A stretch of 62,045 bases of DNA from positions 1 to 62,045 of the forward strand of contig CAJVPI010000067.1 of the NCBI GenBank assembly GCA_910592345.1, in the 5' to 3' direction. The notes beneath the pieces are model-generated. The model searched no databases. It was not told the origin of the DNA and saw only the letters and a list, made by a program, of their open reading frames with translations. This document shows positions 38,201 to 48,995 of this stretch, in pieces; position 1 is the first letter of the stretch, and each line of letters opens with the position of its first letter. The translations under genes were made by a program, and so were the position numbers. This DNA is from Paraglomus brasilianum (lineage: Eukaryota).

Positions 38201-41200
38201 ATCGATCGTTTGTTCAAACTACTTGAGGGCGGAGATCTATTTCCAGTCATTTGCTTTTCTTTTTCAAAGAAGAAATGTAATCAGTACGCGAGAATTTCGG
38301 CCATGAGAAATCTATTCGGTGTTTCCGACAAAGCGAAGAAGACAATATGCGATGAATTTGACAATGCATTGAAGAACCTAAAAAGTTGGTATTTGAGATG
38401 TTGCATGAACTTTGTGTGTTATGATATACGTTATAAGCATATTAAACGTTGATATAGAGCGGGATCGAAAATTGCCTCAAATCGTCCAGATGAAGCAGTT
38501 GTTGAGTAAAGGCATAGGGGTTCATCATAGTGGATACCTTCCGATTATGAAAGAGGTCAGAAGACGAATTAATTATTAGTTACATGTGTTGCAATTTAAC
38601 GATTTGACCAACTATTTATTGTATGCCGTTCTCAGCTTGTTGAAATGCTATTTAAGGAGAACCTCCTTAAAGTTTTATTTGCAACCGAGACATTTGCGAT
38701 GGTTGGTATATATATATTAACCATTGTTCGGTTGCGTGCTATGTCTGAACGAATTATATTTTTAAATAGGGTGTAAACATGCCTGCTAAAACTGTTGTAT
38801 TCTTGGGTCTTAAAAAAAATGACGGCGAGAAGTACCGCGTATTGAAGCCTGGTTTGTTGGTATCAAGGGTATTTAATTAGAATTGAATATTCTATTAATA
38901 TTTCGGTTTATGTTAGGTGAATATACACAAATGTCTGGGAGGGCTGGTCGTCTTCATCATGATCGTACTGGTATTGTTATTATAGCTTGTCCCCCTCAAG
39001 AGCTTATGGTATGAACTAACATGCAGTTAATTGTTAATACCAATTTATCTAAAACTCATCGTTAATTCTGTTTATCATCAAATTGTCACTGTAGGATATA
39101 GATGTTGAAGTTAAGAATGTTGTCCTCGGAGGTGCCGCAAAGTTGGAGTCTCAATTCCGTTTGACTTATCTCATGATTTTAAATATGTTGCGCTCTGAGG
39201 CTTTATCAGCAGAGGAAATGATGAAAAATAGTTTTTCTGCAGATGGGCATCAAAAAACGGTGCATCAACAACGAAAGTTACTTGTAGAGGTATTAGTCGG
39301 GAGCATACAGAATAGCATTGTGATATTCTGGAAATTAACTGATTACTTTATTTTGATAACTTAGGGCGAAAAATCTCTAAGTAACCTAAGGAAGTTAGAT
39401 TGTATGATTTGCAACAAGGATATCCGTGACTTTTATGACAAATCCACGGAAATACTCAACCTGGGTAGGAAATGCCTCGAAACTATTATAAGAAATCCGC
39501 ATGCAAATAAAGCATTAAGTACTGGTCGGGTTATAATAGTTAATAATAGCGTAAATATATTTGAAACTTTCTCTATAATTGAGATTTTTGCTGTAACATT
39601 TTCAGTTACCCAAAGTGTTGGTTAACAGTTTTATAGAAACACAGTAGCCGTAATTTTGAAAGCAATGCGTTCCAAATTTGAAGTGATACTTTTATCGTAT
39701 AAGAATGCGCAAGCGGTGAACCAGAGTGAGTATTATTATAACACTAGCAGAAATTCTTTCTCATTTTTTGTTAATCAGTGTGTTAGTGAATTGTTGAACT
39801 TATTTGCCCTTAATTAGGGATATAGTCGAATTTTTGTTATTTACAAGTTATTTTGACATTCTGCAGGTGTAATTTTTAACGATGGAATAGCACCGCTTCC
39901 ACTGACGTACGTCTCAAGTCCTCATCCAAACGTAGCAGAGACAGCGATTCAAATCATACCTTATACAGACATTATGATAATAACCGAGTCTACAATCACA
40001 GTAAGGGTCAAGATTACCTGTAAAAGTATGAGGCTATGATGCTGAAATATTATACGCGTTGTTAGGTTAATGCGAGGGCCATAACGCGCCGCGACGAAAA
40101 AGAAAAATCTAGAGTACTACAAGAGCTGTTACGGTATGCGAATGAAGCTCAAGCAGGTAAAACATAATCTTTATCAATGATGTGTACTGTTATATTCCAG
40201 CTATGTGACAGTGTTTCAATTATATGTTCATAATAGTCGGCATTATAGAACACGATTGGTCAAAGTTGCGGGATTATGATTTCAAACTTGCTGTCGCGGA
40301 AAAGAATTTGCTTACAAAGCGCATTGCACAGTTGCAGTGCACAAAATGTCCTGAGTTTAAAGAACACGTAAGATATCCAATAAACTCAAGTTTGGACGCC
40401 ATCTATTTCATTGCGCACTTACTTCTACGATCTAACTAAACATATTTACTATTTACGAGTTCAGTATGGAATTTTTCACAAGGAATCTAAGGCGAAATCG
40501 AACGTAGAGTATATGCGTTGGATAACCTCTAACCCTGATTTCGAACAGAAAGAGGAATATGATGTTAGAAAAAAGATACTTAAAAAACTCGATTTCATTG
40601 ATAGCAATGATACGCTGACGCAAAAGGGACGCTTTGCGACTGAGGTAATTTTGCATGATTTCCTGGATTTTCCCTAATCCGAACAGATTTTAATCACGAT
40701 GTCTTGCATTGAAAGATAAATTCGGCTGACGCGCTGGTGGTGACTGAGTTGATTTTTAAGAATAAGTTTGCAGATTTTGATGCCGAAGAGATTGTTGCCT
40801 TGTTGTCATGCTTTATCTTTCAGGAGAAGAAGAAGAAGAAGCATGATAATGGGGCAATTGTTGATCAAAATTTCAAGGGTAAACATAATAACACTCACGA
40901 AAAAGTGGTATACATCAAGAGGGATCACGATGAGGAAGACCCAGGTGTGGATAATGATAAGGATAATGATAAGGATGATAGCGAGGATGATGACGAGGAT
41001 GAGGATGAGGATGATGATGACGAGGATGATTACGAGGATGGCGAACGAATAATAATACCTAAATTGCAAAAGGTATTTATGTATCCATCCAATTTCAAAA
41101 TGGCATACAGATACAAATTGTTATTTATGATTCAAGCTTTTCAAATAGGGAAAAAAGATTATAAAGCGTATTGCGAAGTTTATGGACAAAATACAAAAAG

Positions 41201-41731
41201 ATTTGGGTTTAGAACCGCTCTTGAAGACTCCCAGTATGGAACAACATGCGGAAAACCTTAATTTCAAACTCGTGAACGTTGTCTACAAATGGGCGAAGCA
41301 GTCGGTATGAAATTTAGATAAAAGCGGGATGTTATACCACAGGTCTAACGTTTGTATTAAATATGCAAATCTCAATTAGCATTTTGTAGATATTATGCAA
41401 AAGACAAACGTAGCCGAGGGTTCTATCGTGCGATGTATTACTCGGTTACATGAGACCTGTCGCGAAGTAAAGAGTGCAGCACGGATAATTGGTCGTCCAA
41501 CACTCCAAAAGAAAATGGAAGATGCACAAACGTGTATCCTCAGGGACATTGTATCTGCTACTAGTTTGGTATGTATAAGGTGGGAGCTTAGTATTCTAAG
41601 GTCGTCGTATTTATGGTGTTTATTGACAAGGTGTCGTTCTCTCTTAGTATCACATGAACAGGCAAGTTTCAAGCGAAAACGAAAAAAGGGAACATAATGA
41701 CAATGCCGAGTCAGATAGCAAAAAAAAGTAG
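35293..41731 (+). CDS. SKI2: Ski2-family DExH RNA helicase (SKI2-like), ~31 exons, divergent
   Basis: Ski2 N-terminal blocks ([32 protein letters not shown]), [34 protein letters not shown] insert, [51 protein letters not shown]. Splices in frame throughout, using one GC-AG intron. Confidence 0.9.
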
Positions 41732-41884
41732 GTCTTGTGATTTTACCATGAGATTAAGGTAGCATTGTATTATCCATTGGGAGATTATTATTATTCGTAA
41801 TTAAGAACTCGGTTACAACCCATTAATATAAAGGGGGGTTTACTATTAATGAATGGATAGAGAATTTACATTATGTAGTGCTCT

Positions 41885-42320
41885 TACTGCGGTCAATTAT
41901 TACAAAGTCAATTGTCGCAAGTTCTCATGAAAACAATTTCCAGAACTGATACATTTCCTGATTTCTGTGTGTAAATACCGTTAACCAATGTGTTGCTGCA
42001 ACCTTCGATATCTGAGAGGTTTCTTCGATTGCGGACATGATTTTCATTACTACTACATGTTCAAAATCAATAAGGAATTGCCGGAGTCCTTATCATAAAC
42101 TATAATGGGTAATCTGACATCACAATGAAGATAAGAGAGCCTTGAGAATATATCTTTACACCTTGATTTCTGTTGGTAGAAAATCATCACCGAGCTTAAT
42201 GCCCTGAGTTTTCATGTAGGCTGTGTAAACGCCGAAATCAAGATTGAATTTAGACCATGTATTATTTACTATTCGTTCTTCAGTGGTGAGTCTGATTGAT
42301 TGTTGTCTCTGTTGACAGTG
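41885..42320 (-). pseudogene. Decayed ORF, possibly the N-terminal part of a gene related to 59560-61772
   Basis: Single frame TEERIVNNTWSKFNLDFGVY...KV*RYILKALLSSL*...FLIDFEHVVVMKIMSAIEETSQISKVAATHWL...MYQFWKLFS*ELAT with several stops. Confidence 0.45.
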
Positions 42321-42614
42321 GTGAGTTTGATGGTGATTACATCTTTTTACATACGTTAAACTCAGCTACAACAATTACGCATTCTCCTGCTTGTGCGAGT
42401 CCCTGTCAATTCCTTTGAGTTTCACGCGTTTAGATTGACCGTCACCAAATCCGATCTTGTTAGAATAGGATATAGCGAGATGGAATACCCACTAATAAAA
42501 TGCTGCCTTCCGCAAGAACAAATCCCCGTTTGGCAGATCTTCAATAACTGGGCACTGACTTTTATATTGCTAATGTCCTTTAACTCTTGAGTGACTTAGG
42601 CCACCTTTGAACTC

Positions 42615-42785
42615 TGATAAGTGAGTCACATGATAAAATCTTCCCCCGCAGTCAAACAACACGCTAATTTTAGTTCAGTTTCACAAAAAGCATTAATTTA
42701 GTAACAGCGTTTCGAAAAATCGCCACGATGCATTAGGAAACAAAATGTTGCGAAAAATCTGCGACAACACAAAACACTATAATTA
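42615..42785. repeat. Dispersed non-coding module, copy 1 (homologous to 61830-62018)
   Basis: GATAAGTGAGTCACATGATAAAATCTTCCCCCGCAGTCA...TTAGTAA...TCGAAAAATC...CGAAAAAT...CACAAAACACTATAATT. Confidence 0.85.
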
Positions 42786-43018
42786 ATCTATATTTAATTG
42801 TTCTTCTAGAAATAGTTAAAAGTGCGTTGTGCTTTTTCTGCGACGCTCGAAGATACAGTATATAAGTAGCTCATATTCCATCGCCAAATCTTCATGTTAG
42901 ATGTTGTTACAAATAAATAAAATATTACTGATCTTAGTAGTATTCTCCCGCAGTCCTTTATTATAAATATACATTTTATTTCTATCGTCGAAATAATTGA
43001 TAAACGGCTCACTTAAGC

Positions 43019-43413
43019 TGTAACGGAATAGTATTTATTTGATTAAGCTAGTAAGCTGTCCGTGGATCAATTACGTGAATAACGGAACGAGAGTTCATAA
43101 TTAATTATCGAGACGATTATTGTTTAATTAGTTTAGAAAGACAAGTGACGGATACCGACTAGTCGAAACACAAATCGAAGATAGCCCTGTTTAAATTTAA
43201 AATAGTATTATTCCCCTTCGATTCTTTAGTAGAATAATAGTTGTTATTATTTTATTAGAGGTACCCTTATTTGTATTCACGAGTATTTGAAACTCGGATA
43301 GGGAGTGAGAAGCGCGCATAATTAAAAATATATCGCTTAGTATTAGGCTTAATTCAGTCTTAATTGTACAACTATTGTAGTAAGGGCGATAGTACGAGCT
43401 AAACCTGATAACA
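43019..43413 (-). mobile_element. Probable LTR (395 bp) with adjacent short polypurine tract
   Basis: Bounded by TGTAAC (43019) and ATAACA (43413). On the minus strand GGGGGA directly precedes TGTTATCA, the PPT-LTR junction pattern. AT-rich, non-coding. Confidence 0.45.
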
Positions 43414-43444
43414 TCCCCCGGGAAACGGAGCTAATAATAATTAA

Positions 43445-44016
43445 TTAAATAATCGTAATTTCTATGAAGAACCAATAATGTTCTAAGTTAGCTGACACTT
43501 TAAAATCTGACACCGACGCCTCTAAAATTAACATTGATCAGGGGTTTTGCTTGACTGCCGTAATGAAAAAGTATGAAACTAAGATAACTTTTTTATTAGT
43601 TGTAACTTAGGACAAGCAAGTAAACTTATAGAGCAAGAAAAAGGAGAAGTTTCACAGCAACAAGCTCATTACTTTCTTTCCTAAATGCAAAATGGAAAGG
43701 TGATGATTGCCAAATGAGGGAAACAACCAGCAAGTTGGTACTATGGAAAATGAACAAATGGCTGAAAAACTAAACAATCCTTCAAAGTCCGAAATAAACA
43801 AAATAAAAACCAAGAATTAATTCAGGTAAAAGAAAAGTTAGCCCAAGCTGAGCAACAGCTCAACCAAACTCAGCAACAATTAGAAAAAGAGAAAGAAAGC
43901 AACTCAAATAAAATATCTCCCTATGATTAATTCCAGAAATCTTAATAACATCAGGAATAACAGTTCTAGTATTTTGGATGCCAAACACATTAAATCAATG
44001 CTATCAAAATAAGTAA
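43445..44016 (+). pseudogene. Decayed intronless ORF readable with TGA=Trp: Trp-rich region, Gln/Glu/Lys coiled coil, C-terminal membrane anchor (Mollicute-like)
   Basis: One frame has TGA at 43493, 43508, 43535, 43574, 43715, 43751, 43763 versus one TGG; 43685-43930 is fully open in code 4; after a frameshift SL(TGA)LIPEILITSGITVLVFWM...*. Confidence 0.55.
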
Positions 44017-44054
44017 TTTAAACTTTTATTCGCGTTAAAACCCTAGTTATTACT

Positions 44055-44160
44055 TTATTTTTCTTCTATTTTTCGTTTCTTTCTTGGTTCATCATAAGCT
44101 GGTGTTAATGCTCATTTATTGATTTTTATTTTTCGTTCTGATTTGACTGGAGCGGGAAAA
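44055..44160 (-). pseudogene. Convergent gene 3' end readable with TGA=Trp
   Basis: FPAPVKSERKIKINK(TGA at 44114-44112)ALTPAYDEPRKKRKIEEK* with TAA at 44057-44055. Confidence 0.4.
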
Positions 44161-44917
44161 AGGATGTAGATAGATAACCAATGTCAATTAACACAGATAT
44201 TAATTGGAGTGTTTCAGGTGCATTTCTTGCAAGAAACCATGATAGAGTCATGCTAAGAAAACTAAATATGGAATTGGTTCTGCAATAGCTGCAATGAACC
44301 AGAAGCTAATATTAGCTAGCCACTCCTTATGTGTTGTTAGATGATTAACCTTGAGACATATTTGAGTGTATCGTTATGAAGTTATTCGTCTCATAGAATC
44401 TGTCTCACAGTTTAAAAAAATGCATGTTAGTAGAAGAAGAGAAATAAGCCGGAACGAACGTTTTCAACATCAATGGTGATATGTTCAAGTATTGTATATC
44501 GAATTTAGTCCTGATCATAAAGAGGAGGATTGAAAAACGCGCCCACTTGGTCCGCAGGGACAGAACAAGCTAAGTTCGTAACGTCCTTCAATTCTATAAT
44601 TTTTCCACCCCTTTTCTTTCTTGGCAGAACGGTCAAGCTCTGAAGGTGCATTTATTACCCGTAAATTTGACTTTTGCACATACACGATATTTGTGTTACA
44701 TTTGCAAGAGACTATGTGAATGGTATATTTCTCATCTTTTCATGAATCGAACGATGTTAACGTACCCTGCGAATGCGCCTAATGCTCGATGTTGCAGCAA
44801 TACTTTCGCACAATTCCGAATTATTCGTGTACTATTTTATTGTAGCTTATGAAAGTGAGGCAGTCTAACATTGAACTTATCCAAATAGCAATGGTTCATA
44901 AGTTCGTATGAGTACCC

Positions 44918-47122
44918 TCAGAATCTTCTTAGACATCCATCTCTTCCAACAGCATAAATTAATTGCCCATTATCTACAGTTCGAATAGAGTATATAGGAT
45001 CGACATCGAATCCAACAAATTCGTGTGCTGCGCTTGACATTGTTGGAAGGGAATCAAGCGCAAATTGGAATGCTGCTCCATCGCCTATTGACATAAATAG
45101 AGGGAATGAGATTTACACAAGGACGAATAAAACCCAAGAAAAACGAGAAAGCCTAACCTGGTGCAACAAGGATACTGGACTTGTTGTTGATGAAGCTAAT
45201 GTCATATATAGGTGCATCATTTCGTTGAATGGCGAACGTGCTTATACTACAAAGAAGATCATGTAGCAGGATGTAATGTTGGCACGATTGTGTACTTTAT
45301 ATCTGTTAGTTATATCTCTTAATATGTACCTTGGGTTTCTGATATCGTATAGTTCTATAACGCCCTCTGCTGACCCACTGACAGCTGCATATCGACCATC
45401 AAATGTGCAAGCATATAGTGCCGTATTGCGGTAGGAATTCATAGAAAATGCCTATCCAAGCAATTAAATTTGACTTAGTTATACACGTTAAAAGTATACG
45501 TAATGTCATTGTATTCCGCTCGCTCATACTTCATTTTTACTTCTCAGATCAATAGCGGAAAATGTGCCACTTTCGAGTGCACAGCAAACGATTTTATCAT
45601 CAGTTGCAACTTCGCGTGAATCTATAAAAAAGACAAGCCAGAAATAATGAACAAGTGTCACAATCCAACTTTTAAATGATACACTGCCACATCGTATTCT
45701 GATAGCTGCCTCATTTGTTCAGATACATTACCAATATCAACTTCCTCATTTTTCCAGTTCCTGATGTCATTGGCAACACTTCCTAGTGCAATCTTGTTTA
45801 CTGCCGCGTTATAGTTTCCAAGCGTCCGGATAACACTGGCCGATCCTTTATTCGCAATAAAGCAAATCAAACATTCTTGTGACTGTTTCTATTGGTACTA
45901 AGCTCGCCACTTGTGAGCATGAATAATAATGGATTAATCACCACATTCCCACAGTCGAATTGTTCCATCTCTAGATGAAGCTGCGAGTGAGTAATATATG
46001 CAAGACATTATAAGAATGAAGGACATGTGAGTATCTAAAGTAGCATAGATAAATAGCGAAAGCTTACAGAGAACATTTCTTCCTCGATCTATTACAGCAG
46101 AATCGGTAATTCCTTTTGTATGTGCTTGGAGAGTGACTGGATTACTACCATCAAGAACGGACCAGATCCTTAGTTGAAAATCTGATGAGCCGCTCAATAC
46201 CACTATGCTCATTGATATGACATACATTAATATAGATAGGTCTTTGCACAATTTCGGTATAGCTTAGTACAAGAATAATCGGGAGTGATCGCTATTACCT
46301 TGTCCTGATGGAAAGAATCTACAGGTGCCAATACCAGCCATGTGGCCAATCAATTCGCGCTATGAGATTAACAGTATATTGAGTATAGGTGGAAGACTCA
46401 ATTCATTATATGAGGCAAATTTAATACACACCCTGGTTGTTCCAGATTTCGCATCACCGACTTTAATTAAGCCCTTCTCATCCCCAGTAACAAATAATGC
46501 TCCACCAGGTGATATATCCATTGCAGTAACCTAGAATGGTACGACAAGAATGAACATTCGTAGTAATAAACCACAAAACTTGTCAAAATTGTAAAATGAC
46601 CGAATCTATTCCAACATACTGATGAATCGTGTATTTTCTTGGTTGCTTTAGGACCCTTGACAATGGATCCATTAATGCCAAGTTGCTCGCAAGTTATTGC
46701 AAACGAATACTTATCGTTCGCAAATATTGACATTAAAAGTATGTTATATAAAAAAGCCCACAGATTGGAAAAAGCACCCACAATTCCAAATCATATCGCT
46801 CACATTAGTCACTCTCGCTACTTCTAAGCCATCATTACCAATAAAATCAACTGCCATCGGATCCTCTTGGCTCTTTCTGATAGTTACAGAACCGTGAACA
46901 GATGGTCTCCCTACATTAACGCACTAAATATAGATATAGGCTTTACAATGACTGACTAAATTGACTGGCAATAATTCTTGTGTTCGAACCTTTCCGGTAA
47001 CATGATACCCAGAAGGAGCCTGAAGCAATTACTCCTCGAACAACGTCAGAGACTACTTCGGTCCAGTCTGCCTGGACTGTCGTCAAAGGAACGATTATCG
47101 GGCGTGTTAGTTCGTTTGGCAT
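44918..47122 (-). CDS. RPN14: WD40 proteasome base assembly chaperone Rpn14/PAAF1, multi-exon
   Basis: MPNELTRP...TVQADWTEVV...GSFWVSCYRKG; CRFFPSGQ/VVLSGSSDFQLRIWSVLDGSNPVTLQAHTKGITDSAVIDRGRNVL/SSRDGTIRLWECG; ends VGRDGCLRRF*. Confidence 0.85.
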
Positions 47123-47337
47123 TGCGTGTTGGCAAGGTGTCCCAAAAAGCAGGAATGTGAAAATCTGAACAGTTTTAACGTTGTAAATACCAAATATGGA
47201 AATTGAATACCAAATAATCACATGTTTAAAATAACACATGAGCGTGTTTGTGTTACTTCCACATTATCCGTACAAAAGACTTGCCCCCTTAAAGATTTCG
47301 AATTTCCCGTTATAAATTTCTCACCACTTTCATTTCA

Positions 47338-47673
47338 TCACTTCTCAAATATCTTTCCACAACAATGTTTCAGATATCATGGTCCACTGGAAGAAGTATG
47401 CCGATATCGTGACCTTTGCAACAATTATGGGGACGCAGAAGCCACGTTCATAAATCACTCAAAATGTCCTTCAGAAACGTTAGCCGTCGCTTTCTTTCCA
47501 CGGCAATGTTTCAGATATCATGTCCACTGGAAGAAGTATGCCGACATCGTGACCTTTGCAACAATTATGGGGACGCAGAAGCCACTTTCATAAATCACTT
47601 CTCAAATGTCCTTCAGAAACGCTAGCCGTCGCCTTCTTTCCACGGCAATGTTTCAGATATCATGGTCCACTGG
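47338..47673. repeat. ~140-bp tandem repeat, about 2.3 copies
   Basis: CTTTCCAC..CAATGTTTCAGATATCATG.TCCACTGG recurs near 47354, 47494 and 47637. Confidence 0.92.
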
Positions 47674-47783
47674 ACGGGCGTTAAATACACCGTTGTTTCA
47701 TTCGGCGACAGCTCAGCTAATAGGGACAGAAATGGCAATGCACCTGTATAAATAGGCATGCTCGCCGACGAAAACAACAGTAG

Positions 47784-48302
47784 CCGCCAAGAAATCGGAG
47801 AGCATCCCTACTTGCGGGAGCTCTTTTCCTCTCCACCAGTCATTCGCTGAACTTCCGCTTCCCGCATAACATCACAGCGATAATAATAACAACGACCTCG
47901 AGCACCTTATACACCAACCACTGCACCTTGTGCGGTAGTATGGGCGGGGGACGAGTGGCTCTTGACCTCACGTACTACGAGCTAGGCAAGCGTGCTGTTA
48001 TCTCGGCGATTGTTACTGGATTTGGGAAGGATAACAGGCAGGCCTTTTTGTGGTCCTCTGTGTAGAGACTTTTCCACTGCCTATTCAGATTATATGGAAA
48101 TGACAGCAGCGGTGATAAAACACTACAAAGAACCTTAAAAAGGCTAGTCAACTTGATTCAAGATAACGCAACACCCGAGGTCTTGAATTCTACAATTACG
48201 TTTCATATGGAGGAAGAGGGAAATTCAATTGGAGCAATTGTTCGCCATAAGGCCAATAATGCAAAACTGGTATTGGATGTAATCATAATAGAAGGAGCAT
48301 AA
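47784..48302 (+). pseudogene. 173-codon frame with a single internal TAG, unknown product
   Basis: PPRNRRASLLAGALFL...HCTLCGSMGGGRVALDLTYYELGKRAVISAIVTGFGK...SSV*(48063)RLFHCLFRLYG...LVLDVIIIEGA*. Confidence 0.35.
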
Positions 48303-48995
48303 ATATCTATAGAAATTCGCATAGCTCACACTCTGGCTTTTGTCATTATGTATACCCATGTTTCATGATATATAAATAAACGTTATTATATAACTTGCAA
48401 ATAACATCAGTCGTCGTATAATCAATGTAATCAATACTTTGATATGTTTACCGATATTTAATTGCAAACCAGTTACTCATAAACAATAACATAGGTTGTA
48501 AACATGGTTTTGACCGTTGCGCATTTACTCTCATCAACGCAACGTTTGTTTCACAACATCCTTCAAACTGTAAACTAGTCCAGCATATTCAAACAGCACG
48601 ATCTCCAAATAACAAGGAGGTGCAAATGAGGGAACGCGTCTCATCGCGAACGACTGCACAGTACAAAAAGTATGTCACATCCGAGACGAGACCCATTTAT
48701 GTCTTATCGTTCATAACATATGCAAGGATGCATTTCATATAAACAATTGGTAGTTGGACGACAATTGTCCCCTTCCCCAAGAGTTAAACGGTTTGCCTAA
48801 ATGTTTGCGCTTGCAAAAAATATCCTTGCCAAAGGACGCCAAATTTAACCTTCTTCACAAAGATAGCTTCTACTCCAGATTCGATTATGCCAACAATCGA
48901 ACGTCAATTCTCATGAAATTTACAATAACCCATTGCGTAATACAGTGCCGTCAAATTCTAGCGCGAGTTTTCAATTTGCCTCTATTGACAACAAA

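Noticed and set aside
41885..42320. TGA stops in this relic as evidence of code 4
   Set aside because: Trp is encoded by TGG in the same frame and TAA stops also occur; better explained as decay of a fungal gene.
43495..43555. TLKSDTDASKINIDQGF as a retroelement RNase H motif
   Set aside because: Only a 4-5 residue match, on the opposite strand to the inferred LTR orientation, with no supporting flanking motifs. Kept only as an alternative reading of the 5' part of the code-4 segment.
3367..47122. PRE5 and RPN14 as a proteasome gene cluster
   Set aside because: They are 40 kb apart with unrelated genes between; no evidence of linkage beyond chance.
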